NCBI RefSeq assembly: GCF_018350175.1
Contig: NC_058368.1
Span: 179,926,001-179,990,000, forward strand
Reading direction: 5' to 3'
DNA length: 64,000 nt
From: Felis catus
Lineage: Eukaryota
How positions within the stretch are numbered: the stretch's first letter is position 1; every line of letters starts with the position of its first letter. Under the pieces are notes generated by a model. It was not told the origin of the DNA. It worked only from the letters and a program-made list of their open reading frames with translations, and searched no databases. The position numbers and the translations under genes were made by a program. Positions 49,901 to 62,330 of this stretch are shown here, one piece after another.

Positions 49901-52900
49901 TGCTTGGTTCTAAAAATAATTCTGATGGTACAGTTCTGTCCAGTGAATGATAGGGTAGGATTTGTCGAGCATTCCCCTGAAAATCAAAAATTACATAGTC
50001 GCCAGGTTACAGATCTCTGACTTCCAGAAGAATGAATAAATGTCGAACAAATGAATGAGTGAATATGTAAAAACATCCCTTTATACGTGAAGGAAGGTCC
50101 TCCTCCTACCTTTCTTTCCACCTGGCCCCTGCAGACAGTAGGCATGGGTTGGAGAAAGCCTCTCCACGTTGTGTGAGAGGAAGGTGATTCCAAGAGGAAT
50201 CACGGGAAATCAAAGGGGATGCTGATGCTGCAAGGTGCCGGAAATCTGACGAAAGCCGCGAATTCCTGGGACAGAAACGGCAGGACCCACAGCCAGGGGA
50301 GGTCAGGTTGTCAGTCCTAAGACGGATGATGGCTTCTCACCCAAACTCTGACCCCGGAACCGGCAACAAATGCAGGTCTGCTAGGGAGAGGGTGCCAGCC
50401 CAATTTAGTGACTTAGGACTTCTCTTATCAAGAGGCTGAGGCTGAGAAGGGTAGGCGCAGTTTTCCCAGCCTGCAAAAAAGGCATTTTGGGAAAGGGCTG
50501 CTAGGAGAATTTCACCCTTTTCTTGGGAAGGATGAGAAAATTCCTTGGGAAGAGACCAGGAAATGGAAATCACCAGCTGCCATGAAACAGCTGTGATGAC
50601 CTGACAGCCTGCATGTAGTTCTCTGCACTGGGAGTGGTGATGCCTCGTCTCAATGGGAGACCTGTCTGGGGCAGAGGATAGGGCTGGACAGTCAGATACC
50701 GTGGGTTTGGGGTCCTGGGTGCAGTGGGACTCAGGCCAAATGGCTCAACTTCTCTGAGTCTGTTTCCTCAACTTTAAAAAGAGTCAGCTTTTGTACACAT
50801 AGAAGTGGCTTTCTGAATGCCGTCCCATCCACTCCCCTAACTCTCCATCATGCCCGCACCCCCATCAAACCCCGTCTGGGACAGAACTGAACTGCTCCTC
50901 TCTATGCCAGTGCTTTGCTATTTTTAAAACATTGGTATATTATAGCATGTTGGTACACCAGGTTTCTCAAACTTGAAGCTTAAAAGCCTCTGGGGGGGGG
51001 GGGTGGGGAGTAGTTCTCCTTCTCTATTATTGCAAAGAGCCCATAGGACCTGATTAGTTTATCTCAATTCCAAACAAAGCCAGATCAATAGCTTTGTTTT
51101 AAAGACGCTCTGATTTGGCTTCACATGGCTAAGTACTTAAAATTAATCATAATCATTTATTCCATGGGTTTTTAATTTCCAGCAGAGGCACACGGCTTTG
51201 GAACCATCTATCTTAATGGTGAGCCATTCTGAAATTGGCTGGAGCCGACATCTCCATTTAAAGAATCTCCTCTCCCCACCCCCAGACCTTCCAAATCTCA
51301 TTTGCACATTGACATTTTATAATACTTCTCCATAATCACAACTTAGCCATCATAAAGAACCTTGACAATGAAATAATAAATAGGAACTAAGTGAAGGCAT
51401 CATATATTAACTTAGTAAGTTTTTGAGAGAGAGAGGTTCAAAACACCTTATCCCCAGAAAACTCATCTTTAAGTATCAAAAGCTTTAAAAGTCTGCAGAT
51501 TAAGAAGACAAAATAGAGTAACTTCAGGTGTATTTTCTCTCTGACATTAGGCAAAAACAAGGAAAGCCCACGATTATTCCATGCAAAGCTCTCTCAAAAT
51601 TAACTTAAGGAAACTTTGTGGATGTCAACTAGTGGAAATATTTCACAAGGGATCCCCCTGTTATTTCATCCTTTCTGCGGATGAAAATTGCTGTAAAACT
51701 TCTTCCCATCCAGGCTGGGGTTGGTCTCACAGGATACACTGAATGGGAACTTAGGAGGTGAGCCTGGGAGAAACACTGGCAGTAAGAAGAGAGGAATGGG
51801 CACAAGGCTGGAAAAGACTGTGACACCTGCTCTCTTGATCCTCATTTTTGGCTCATACCCCTGAGGAAGGTCTAGCAGAGAATATGGTGAACAAAGGAAA
51901 AGAGCCACCACCCTTCTCCCCTTTACAGGTAACCAGAAAAGGGGCTAAGGAAAAACAAACAAACAAACAAAAAAACACAGCGTGAGTGAAATTTCTCAAG
52001 GCTCCAGTGCCACCAAAGAAGAATCATGGTGCACATGATACTGCCTTTGTAGCATTTGTTGTGCAGTTATCCGTGCCCAACCGTGCTTTTACATACCTTG
52101 CCTCTCTGCATCCTCACAACCCTCCATGAAGCTGCCATTGTCATCTCCCTCCTTCTGCAAAGGACCCATCTCATAGAAGTCAAGTAACTGCTTAACTAGT
52201 AAGCAGCAGAGCCTGTGTGATTAACCATTCTACCAAGCTGCTTTACTGATCTGTGTGGCCAAGGCCCTTGTGGTGTTGGCTCCCTGAAGCATGGCCAACA
52301 TGTGACACACAGTGATGTGAACCGGACCCCAGAGCCAGGCTAGGCGAGCTATCAGAGAGTTTGGAGCCTCCCACATGCTTGTGAAATTGTCGTTTTGTTT
52401 TTTTTTTTTTTTACCCAGTGAATGGGTCCCCACAAAGTTGAAGGTAAATCAGACTTGCCAGGGAAAGAAAATAATCCCACTTTCTCACCGACTCACATTC
52501 TGGTCCCAGGTGTGATTTATTCTCACTTCTGGACATCACCATTTGACTTTGACACTCAGTGGTTTGTTGGCTCCATTCTTCAGACCTTCCCACGATATAG
52601 CCCCAGCTTTCTCTATGGCCTTAAGGTCCTTAACTGAGAGTTTCTACGACTCAGACACCTTCTGTTACCCAAATCACTGGCCTTTCATTTCCACCTGTTC
52701 TATACATTTGGCGATTCACTTAGTCCGTCTCCTTCTGGTGTGTTTACACTGCCGTCGAATATGCCAAGACTGCATTTCTGACTCTGTGTGGTCAGGAATC
52801 ATTTGTTGCGGTACCCTGAGCCGTGGGTTTCCCTGACTGTCAGGTTGAGGACAGCCAGGCATTTCGCCAGTAATACCAGTCACCTCCCTGCCCAACATGC

Positions 52901-53731
52901 CATCCTGGGTCAGAAATCTGTTTAATGAAAAAAAAAAATTAAGCATATGGAAAAATGAAACAAAATGAAAAAACCTACTTAATAAAGTAATTAACTTTTT
53001 TCAATAGTACTGTGGGAGAGGAAAAAAGATTTTCAGACATTGTCTCCCGACTTTATGCAGCAAATCAGAAGTTTAGTAGATGTGCTGCCAAAAAATGCCA
53101 AACCAAAGATGTCAGGAGCACAGCCTGAAAATGCTCATACATACCAGTGAGTAGCCTGCCCTTGATAAACCCCTGGTACCAGCTAAATTGTATGCAGGTC
53201 CAGCACATCTGCAGATAACTAATGTGTGCTGTTTGGAAGGGCTCGCTCCACTTATGTCACTTGCCAGTTTTTGAAATTCAGCGAAATTATTGTAGGCGGG
53301 GCCGGGAAGGATCTTAGTTGTCTCCAGAATGACCTTTTATTTTGAGATAAGGCACAGAAAGATTGAGAGCAGGTGAGAGCGAGGACCAGGCCACATAACG
53401 TTTGGCCCGGGAACCCCGCTTCCCTTACCCTTGTCCAAGCTCTGGCTAGGACATTTGCCGAGGGAAAACAGCAAGTTAGTGGCAGCAAAGGGTCGACAAT
53501 CTGGGTCTGCAGACCCCTGATCCTATGTTCTTTTTCCACATTGGACACCTCCATGCAACTAGGCTATTCAGAAAAAAAAAAAAAACCCTCAGTAAGATCA
53601 GGGATCCTAAGCACAGCTGTCCTTTCAAAACCATTATTAAGTGTTTGCTGTTATTTAGGAGATTGGGGCTGGGGGGCAAACTCTAGTACATGACAGAATC
53701 AAGGAATGATTCTGCTTTCAGCTCTCTTAAA

Positions 53732-53915
53732 ACCAGAGGTTGCAAACTAGATAGATCACAGACTATATTGCAGCCACAGATGAGTTTTTAAAATCCCATT
53801 GAGTAGTTTTTCATTGAAATCAGCATTTTGTATTTTAAAATTACAAAATTCTTCATAAAAGTATAGATTCCCAGCTTAGGATTTCTGGCAAGCCAAAAGC
53901 ATTGGCAACCCTGGG
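53732..53915. mobile_element. hAT-Charlie MITE (MER102/MER58-related)
   Basis: Termini ccagaggttgcaaac ... ttggcaaccctgg form an imperfect inverted repeat. Confidence 0.55.
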
Positions 53916-54919
53916 CTGCCAATGTGACAATACAATCAGTTGTGGCTACAGAGCACGTTCCCTCCCTAGATGGGATGTATAGACTCCACCTTCCCATCAA
54001 CCTCCATTCATTTCAGTTCCCCACCAGCCCAGGTGGCCCGTGCTTTAATCCATCCAAGATGCAAGGACACCCTATGTGCCAGCATGGCACCAAATGCCAG
54101 AGACAATAAAGCTTTAGAAGAAGAGTCTCTGGCGGACCAAACACTGTGGGCCAGAGCTTACCAGAATTGTTGAGTGGACATGTACAAGCAGAGCTAAGTG
54201 ATGTGGAGCCCAGAAGTCCCAAACCGAGCAGGGACACTACAGAAGCAAGCAGGAATCTCTCATTTCTCATCTTCTGGGAAGGTCTTCTCAAAAGTTGAAC
54301 TAGCTTCCAAATTCTCTTTGACTTTAAAGCAGTGGTCATTGGATTTATGCAATTGATGAGAAATAAGAGATAAACACCCCCCACCCAATTTCATGCTCCC
54401 TAGACCCCTTTGTCATCCCATGTACTGAGCTCTTGCTTAGCCCACATTTAGAGAAGAGAGATTCAAGACTTAAAGCAGTGGTGTGTGGAAATTGGCCAGA
54501 CTTTCAGGGTTGTTTTAGTTCTGCCACATCTGGGCAGGTACGACATGGGACCCCAAGTCCCACTTGTAGACACAGAAGAATAGAGAAGAAAGTCCTTTGC
54601 TGGTATAAGAAGAAGGCAGTGACAAGAAACTGGCAATCCTGATACCCATGTCAGGGTGCGCTCACTTCTCTAGCATGGGGTTGTTGTCCTGCATGAAGGG
54701 TGCAGGGCATTGGGTGTAAGGACTTTCATAGACACTGTTGGCCCGGTAAAGAAGACTCAGAGCTGTATACAAGTGGAGGTCTATCCTCCACTTCAACTGA
54801 GCTTCCTCTGAATGTAGAACTAGATGCTCTGATTAACAAATAATAATTAACAATATATAATACAATGATGTTATAACAATTATTAGTATAGTCACTATAG
54901 ATATTATAATTACTGTTAC

Positions 54920-55140
54920 GGCCTCTAGTTCTTAGTGTCCGCTATCTTCCAAGTGCTATGAGATTAGGATGCAGCATTTTATGTAAATCCTCACCACAAC
55001 CTTACAAGGTAGAACCTCTTGATCTTGTTTTTCTCATGAGGAAACTGAGGCTTAGAGAAGCTGCACGGCTTGTCCAGAGTGACACCGGCAAGTACACGGG
55101 ACTGCTCTTCAAGTAGCAAATCCAGCCCCTGCACTTCCCT
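54920..55140 (-). mobile_element. MIR
   Basis: aatcctcaccacaaccttacaaggtag...atgaggaaactgaggcttagagaag. Confidence 0.75.
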
Positions 55141-57680
55141 GCTCTGCTACAAAAAATTAAAATTAAAAAGTGCATTCTGCAGCACCCATACCAGAGAAAC
55201 AATTATATGCATTAGTAAGATTACAGGCTACTGTAAATGCCCACAGTGATTCAGGAATGATAGTTTTTCCTTTTGAAAAGTTGACCCATAAGGCACTCAG
55301 ATCTAAACCTATGACCTCAGCTTAATCAGACTTACATCCAGTTCTACAAAACTGCCCCAGACCTGGAGGCATGAGGCCACATTTGACCTTGGGGGTGTTA
55401 GAGTCCTCCCATAGGACTGGCCTCCAGGCCGGCTTCACCAAACTGGGTGGTTTGGGGTTCCTTTACTCACTGAAAAAATAGTAGCAGTAATACCAACCCC
55501 TTAGGCTATTATGTGGATTAAAGGAGATACCATAGGTGTGTGTCTAGCAAATAGCACACACCCAACCAGACACTCGTCACAGTCAAGGTTGAAGGATACA
55601 CCTATACTGTTTCACTGCCTTATCTCCAGAACTTCACATGAACCTGGAACATAGGTAGTCATTTAAAGACAGAGAACCCAAATCGAGTGGAAATTAACTG
55701 AATTGAAGCCTACTCCACCCTATTATGTCTATGTTATGTCTCGGTCCTACTCAGAACTAAGGTTGTGGTTGTCCCAGAATTATTCTAAATATTGAACAAA
55801 ACAGTGTCTTTGGTGTTTCATTCCTCCAGCAATGGCAATTTTTTTTTTATTACCAATGAAAAAATTAGAGCCGTAGCGAAAATTGGTGTTTCTAACAGAC
55901 AAGACTTGTTTTTGTTTATTTACAAAGTGTTTCACCTGGGTTTCTCTGGGAGCTGGAAACATTTGTTTCAACTGAATTTTGAATCAGGGTATTTAGTCAT
56001 GACATACCTTTGAATAGAACTGTCATTGCCTAATGAAAGTCTTAAAATACCTACAGAATATGATTTTTTTTTTTTTGGTACTGTGCTACAAATTGTGATT
56101 TGTTCAGGAAATCAGAATTAAAATTGTACTTTGTGGAGGGCACCAGTAACTTCTGTTCAGCTCCCAGAATACTAGGAAAAGAACTGGGTTTTCTGTAAAT
56201 GCTCACGTGGGCCACACAACACACCCCCCTCCTTTGTAGTCACCCAAACTCAAGGCTCAATCATAGTCATGTTCTTAAAATGACTAGCTTGGTTTTGAGA
56301 ACATCAACTTAAGGAAAAAGTGAAATTTTCTCTGAAATACAGGATAATTTTTTCCATTTAAATAAGCAGCCCTTGAACAATTCAAGTAGCTAGAATTCAG
56401 GTGGGGGAAGATATTCTAGTGGTTTCCATTTGATTTCATGTTTCTGTTAACTAAAGGCTAGTTTAGTCTCTGAAAAGAAAATGTGTTGGTGTACATTCCT
56501 GGGTTAAGAGGATGTGGTGAAGGTCACTGAACTATTTGTTCTTGATCACAGAGGATCTGTAAATTGGTAGGAGTACCATTTTCAGCTTCTATGAGCACCA
56601 CTTGGGTGGAATCGGGTGTTGGAAGTCTTGCTGCTTGAGGGAGCCACAGACTCCAGCCACCAGGACCCTGGGCTGAAATTCTGTCTTGACAAACTAGATT
56701 TGAGAGTAGCCTTTTGGTTTTCTTTATCCCACCTAAAACAAACTAGAAAAATAGCCCTGCATCTTTGAAAACAGAAAGATAACAGAGAGGTTTTTTCTCT
56801 GGGACAAGATGCAGAGGCCAGTGGGGTCAGTTCACTTCTAAAATGCAGCTTCTACACTGATTTGCAAATGTGCTCCTATGCCAATGGTCAGCCTCTGCCT
56901 TATCTCTATCCCCCAGCAGCCAGCAATGACTTTGGTGACCAGTGTGTGAGCACTTTCAGTGAGTATCTTGCCCTTTGTTCACTTCTCATCTCGTGGCTCT
57001 CAAGGGCCCCCCGGCCAAGAACCATGATGCCTTGAAAAGCCTAACCTGCCTCTTGGCTGGAGCTGCCACTTCCATCCAGGATACAGAATATCGGATGGTT
57101 TGGCTCACCTATGGCCAAGAGCCCATTACTCTGCAAGAACTGTGTCCTGAAAGCCAAGTCCTAGGAACTCAAGCAGGATATTGACCCCTTCCTGTTAGCT
57201 GGCTTTATGGAGGAGAGGATGGCATGTTGAAGACATGGAGATGCAGTACTGGGGAGAATCAGAACATCCTCCCTTTCTCTGAGCTTCCATTTCCTGTATG
57301 CAAAACCACTCAGGAGCAAGGGATGAGGAGGAGGGAGGGTGGAAGGAATCTGATTCTGTTTCTCCAGTGTCATGTTTGTAATCTTTGGACTCACAGAAGC
57401 TGTAGCGTGCCCATTCCATCTTGATTTATAACTAAATCAGAGCACCCCAACTATTGATTAATAGTTGATTGAAAACTTCAGCTGTGGAATTTGATTTTTT
57501 TTAAATTGTTTTAGTCTTTATGGTGTTTTAAAAAATTAGAATTAGTTGCCAGTGTGTAAAACTCAGGTCATTATTTATTATAAATAAGACACTTATTTGT
57601 AAGTGTCTAAATTCAACTTTCCCAGAATATCTGGAAGCTGTGGCAACCCTGGGCATGCTTTTGTCTCTGATTATCTAGAG

Positions 57681-57881
57681 CAGCACTGTCCAGTAGGACT
57701 TTGTGTGATGCAAGAAATACTTACGCGTGTTATCCAATGTGACAGCCACTAACCACAGTGTGACTCTTGAGCACTTGAAATGTGGCTAGTACAACTGAGG
57801 AACTGAACTTTTATTTAATTCTAATTGATTTAAATTGAAATCACTACCTTTAGCTCATGGCTACCTTATTGGACAGCACAG
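57681..57881 (+). mobile_element. MER3 hAT-Charlie DNA transposon
   Basis: cagcactgtccagtaggacttt...tgagcacttgaaatgtggctagtacaactgaggaactgaa...tggctaccttattggacagcacag; degenerate 8-bp TSD atctagag / gtttaaag. Confidence 0.88.
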
Positions 57882-59523
57882 GTTTAAAGCTGAGTGCCGA
57901 GTACCCCATTTGGACAGGGATTGCCCTCTACACATCTCCATCGCTCCCACGGGGCCTGCTTTCCTATTTGCTTTGTTCCAAACCACTGGAGCCATTTCAC
58001 ATTCATTAAGAAGCACATTTAAACAGTGTATTTTCTGAAACTAAATACTTTAAGATATCTGCCACTCCCCTCACCCTCCACTCTGTCCTTTCTCTATCTG
58101 AATTTAACCATTTGGATCTTGTGCCTGCAAAAGACCCATTTTCATTGAAACCCAGGAGTATGATTATTAAAACCGTCTCCCCCCAAAGTGAAATCTCTCT
58201 CTGTGAAAATTAGTTTCCTGATCCCAATTATACACTTCTTTCAGCCTTGCAAATCACTTCCACGAAGTCAACTGGGTAGGAAAATCACTCCCATGTCTGG
58301 ACCCGTCCCTTCTCCATATGTAAGCTAGATATGCGGCAGCTAGTTGGAGAAGCCAGCCCATTAACCCAACAGAAGCCGAAGCTTTATTTCCATAAAGAGA
58401 AAAAGAAAAAGAGCTGACCCTGCATAACTTTTCAAATGCAGTGGGGGTTAGTTGTGACTTTCAGAGTCGGGCCAGACGTCCTATCTTTATACAGATCTGG
58501 ACATCCACAACCTCTTCCACTGCTGTCTGGAAAACAGTTCCCATTCCAAAATTGCCATTTTAGAGCCAGCACCAGCCCAGTGGGAATCGGAGAATGTAAC
58601 TGTAGTTGGAAAGACCCTGGAGATCAACCAGTCCTACAATTTGTCTTAAAAGAAAGAAACTCCCCAGAAGGTTGAGTGAGTTACACATAGCCATGGAAAA
58701 ACTTCATAGAAGAACAAGCCAGGAAACAAGTCTGTTGGCTCTTTGTCTAGTGCTCTGTATTACCGTCTACCTTTCCCCCGTATTAGCAAAAGGGAAACAA
58801 AGACTAGTGAAGCCAGCCTCTATGCTCTGTCCAGCCCATCATCTCTTAATCTCTAGCATTTTTCCAGAGAGAACAGTGTATGTTCAGTATGGGGACCAAC
58901 ACCCTCCCTTTCTAGGGCCTTCTAGTCCTGCAGGCACTGCTGGGGTGTTGACCACCCCAGTGTCCACCAGGTTGCTATCTGTTAGGAAGGCAATCTGGGA
59001 AGAGATTGAATACTACATCGTTGATCCTGGCTACCAGTGGTGACCAGAGGCCTGATGAGTGAGCACAGGGGTCCCTGCCCCTCTTTGAGCCCAAATAGCC
59101 CAAGTAAACTGTGCCTAGCTCCCCAAGAGAGCCCTTTCCTTGCAAACATCACAGGGTGAACCCAGACCTTGCCAGCATCTCCACTGAGAAACAGAGCCTC
59201 GTGCACACTGTAGCTTAGTTCCAAACTGTTCACAAGAAACAATTTACAGGTTTAGCCACAGGACTGATGCATGCATGGTGTGTGGGAAGCTGGCAAGGAC
59301 ACACTTGCCTGGTGGGACACAGTCTTACCCTTAGAAACAGAAACTTCCTCAGGGCTCTTTGTCTCCAGATAATGATAGTGGGATGGGAGATGGGGGGAGG
59401 GAACCTTGAATAATTTTCTGTCATTTAAGATAGTTCATTTAAAGAGTAGGTTCCCAGTGGCTGTCCTCCCAGAGATGCAGTATAGAAGGAAGGCGTTAAC
59501 TACGTCTCACTATTAAAATACTT

Positions 59524-59754
59524 CTTTATTTTTTTTAAGTTTTTAATTTTTATTTATCTTAAAAAAGAGAGAGAAGCCTGAGTGTGAGCAGGGGAAGGGG
59601 CAGAGAGGGAGGGAGGGAGAGAATCCCAAGCAGGCTCCACACTGTCATCGCAGAGCCCAGCATGTGGCTCGATGACCCCATGAACCGTGAGATCGTGACC
59701 TGAGCCAAAGTTAAGAGTTAGACACTTACCCGACTGAGCTACCCAGGTGCCCCC
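59524..59754 (-). mobile_element. CAN-SINE, antisense
   Basis: gagaatcccaagcaggctccacactgtca...cgactgagctacccaggtgccccc; TSD aaatactt at 59516-59523 and 59755-59762. Confidence 0.92.
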
Positions 59755-59769
59755 AAATACTTTGGATTT

Positions 59770-59770
<1 letters not shown>

Positions 59771-59801
<31 letters not shown>

Positions 59802-59923
59802 TATGTATCAAAGTATGTTATGTATGTGATATGTATATTTGACATATGTGATATGTATGTGTTAAATATGTGTGTGTATGTATATATATCTGTGTGTGTA
59901 TATGAATATATGTGTGTGTGTGC

Positions 59924-59961
<38 letters not shown>
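59771..59961. repeat. Compound (CA)n/(TATG)n/(TG)n/(TA)n microsatellite
   Basis: Seen directly. Confidence 0.92.
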
Positions 59962-59964
<3 letters not shown>

Positions 59965-59999
59965 ATTCAGATTGTTAAATTGATCTTTTTGGTTCAGAG

Positions 60000-60315
60000 A
60001 CTAAAAGCTGGCATCTGTAATCCAAATCCAAGGTATGTCTCATTTGTGACTTTTGTTACCTAAGATGATCTATTCACCAATATTGAAAAACCAGGAGACT
60101 TCATATAAGAATTCTAGATGTCTGGCTTTCTCTTGAAAAAAAAAAAAAGGAATAAGTGGCAGCACTTGCACCCACATTCCAGCATAGCGACAAGCCTTTG
60201 AAACAAGAAGTGACCGTCCCATGTGGCAGAGGTGGGTTTGTTGCAGACTCCATACAACCCACTTACTCAGATGTAAAAGCCTGGCTCCTGCAGGCAACTG
60301 AGTTTGTACTCCTGG
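60000..60315. mobile_element. MER102-like hAT-Charlie element
   Basis: tctggctttctcttgaaaa...cccacattcc...cctggctcctgcaggcaactgagtttgtactcctg. Confidence 0.65.
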
Positions 60316-62089
60316 ATCAGCCCAGGCGGCTGTTCAGAGCAGAAATTTATTTTTATGAAAAGATGCCAAAAGCATGACCCTTCACATTCTAAAACTCATC
60401 CATCCATGCAGTAAATACTTATTGAGTTGTCCTGTGTGCCAGACTCTGGGCTAAGCCCTGCCTATACAACAGGGTGCAACACTGGCGTGTTCTCTGCCCT
60501 CTCACTGCGCACACATCAGTGGGCATTCCAAGACTTCCTGTTCTTCCCCTCTTACAGGCTGAAATGCAGCTGAGGGGGAAATTGTCCATTTCTCCCCCTC
60601 TCGCCTGCAAACTCACCTGTTCGGTTATGTAAGTTGGAGCCCGTTCTTCCATTCTCAGTCCATTGCAGACATCTTGGCACACTGGCAACTTCCTGATTTC
60701 TAAATAATGTAGTAGACAAGATTGATCGTCCAGATTCCCAGCTTATGGATGATGAAACAGGATCGGCAGAGGCCACCTCATTCATGTTGTCGTTTAAGTA
60801 CATTTTACAATTAAATCGGTCATTGGGAGACAGTTGAATGCTTCTGAATCACCACTAGGCAGTGTCTGTGATGATCTCAAAAAAACTGGGTAAGGAGATC
60901 TTCAGAATTAAGGGATGTAAAACACTGGAGCATCAGGAATGCCTACACTACCAGCCATCTGACTGATGATTGGCACAATTTGAAGATTCATGTTTCCCTT
61001 TTGATCTTCCACTTTTTACATTTATTTTGGAGGCATCTTTTCTTTCCTCCTTTTAACACTGAAGCTCTGCCGGGTAGAAGGAGATGAGTTTCTTCCTGTC
61101 ACAATATGAATATATAATGAAGGAAGAACCAAAGACAAGCCCTTTTGTTAAGGAATCCGTACCATCAAAGGCTCAAATTGGCAGCTGATTGTTTTTATTT
61201 ATTTCTGTAGGTTTTACATGACACCTGGAGACCATTTAAAATGTTACTTGGCGGTGAGAGCTCTGTGTTTAAAAATAACGCTCACCCGGTGCCAAATCAC
61301 TTTAGAGTCGGGTACAAATATTGAGACAAAAACCCCAGCTGTTATTGCTTTGGCTGCTAATTTGAGGTGTCAAATGAGAGCTCGCCTGCTATACGTCAGT
61401 GAATAAGGCCCCTTGTGAGATCATTATGTTTTCTAACAGTTGAGAGTAATGGACTAATCAGTGCAGCATCAGTTGTTTTCATTATATGCCCACACAATGG
61501 TTATGAGCTTTAATTTAAACGGTCCGCAGGGAGATCAAGGAAATCAGTAATTGGCGGCACCCAGGATCGTCCCGGAGAGCAGGTGATGTGAGAGGTGGCT
61601 TCCCACCATCCTTTCTCCTCTCTCCCTTCATCCCTCCTGCCCCATCTGCCCTCAGAGACTCACTACCTGCTGCAAATAGCCAAAAGATAAGCTTTGCTTA
61701 AGAAGCAGACCTGTACTCTTAGTTCTGCGGGGGTATGCTTAAAAATTCCAGTCCACCGATCCAACAGTAAAGGTGGCTTCTGGCAGCGATTAGACTTGTT
61801 AGCCAAACCTTGACCTCAGAGGCTTTAAGACCCAATTTCTCTCTCTTCTGTGTAGGCTCTACCACTGCCCTCACTCTCCATGCTGGGCTCTCTGTTCTGA
61901 GGACGAGAGGAGGGTCAGGTAATGCTGTTGTCTTTGAGCAGCCTTGGCAGTGAGGCAAACTCCACAGTCACTGCCACATGGAAGTCTGTGAGGGCTGAGA
62001 CCAGCACTAGCCTATAGGACTCATCTCTGCCTTAGGAAAGACATGGAAATTGGACAGCCAGCATCTGTCGGATGATCCTGTAAGAGGCA

Positions 62090-62330
62090 GTTTTGTGTAA
62101 CAGTTAAAAATATAGGGCCCTGGTGTCCCTTTTGCCTGTATTTGAACATTGGCTCCACAACTTACTAGCTGTGATCAGGGCAGAGTTCGATCTCTAAGTT
62201 CAACTCTTTGAAGAGTTCATCTCTAAGTAAGTTCATCTCTAAGTGAGTTCATTTCTTAGGATCCAAAATGGAAATGACTACCTGAGGATTGGTGCCAGCA
62301 CATAGCAAATACTTAATAGTATTGTTATTA
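62090..62330 (+). mobile_element. MIR carrying an internal 16-bp tandem repeat
   Basis: ggctccacaacttactagctgtga...ccaaaatggaaatga...agcacatagcaaatacttaata. Confidence 0.7.

Noticed and set aside
14483..59811. Short ORFs with shared peptides (e.g. VKRPTL, TAQSLEP, SLSLSL) and tRNA-like A/B boxes
   Set aside because: They are translations and heads of tRNA-derived CAN-SINEs, not a gene family or tRNA genes.
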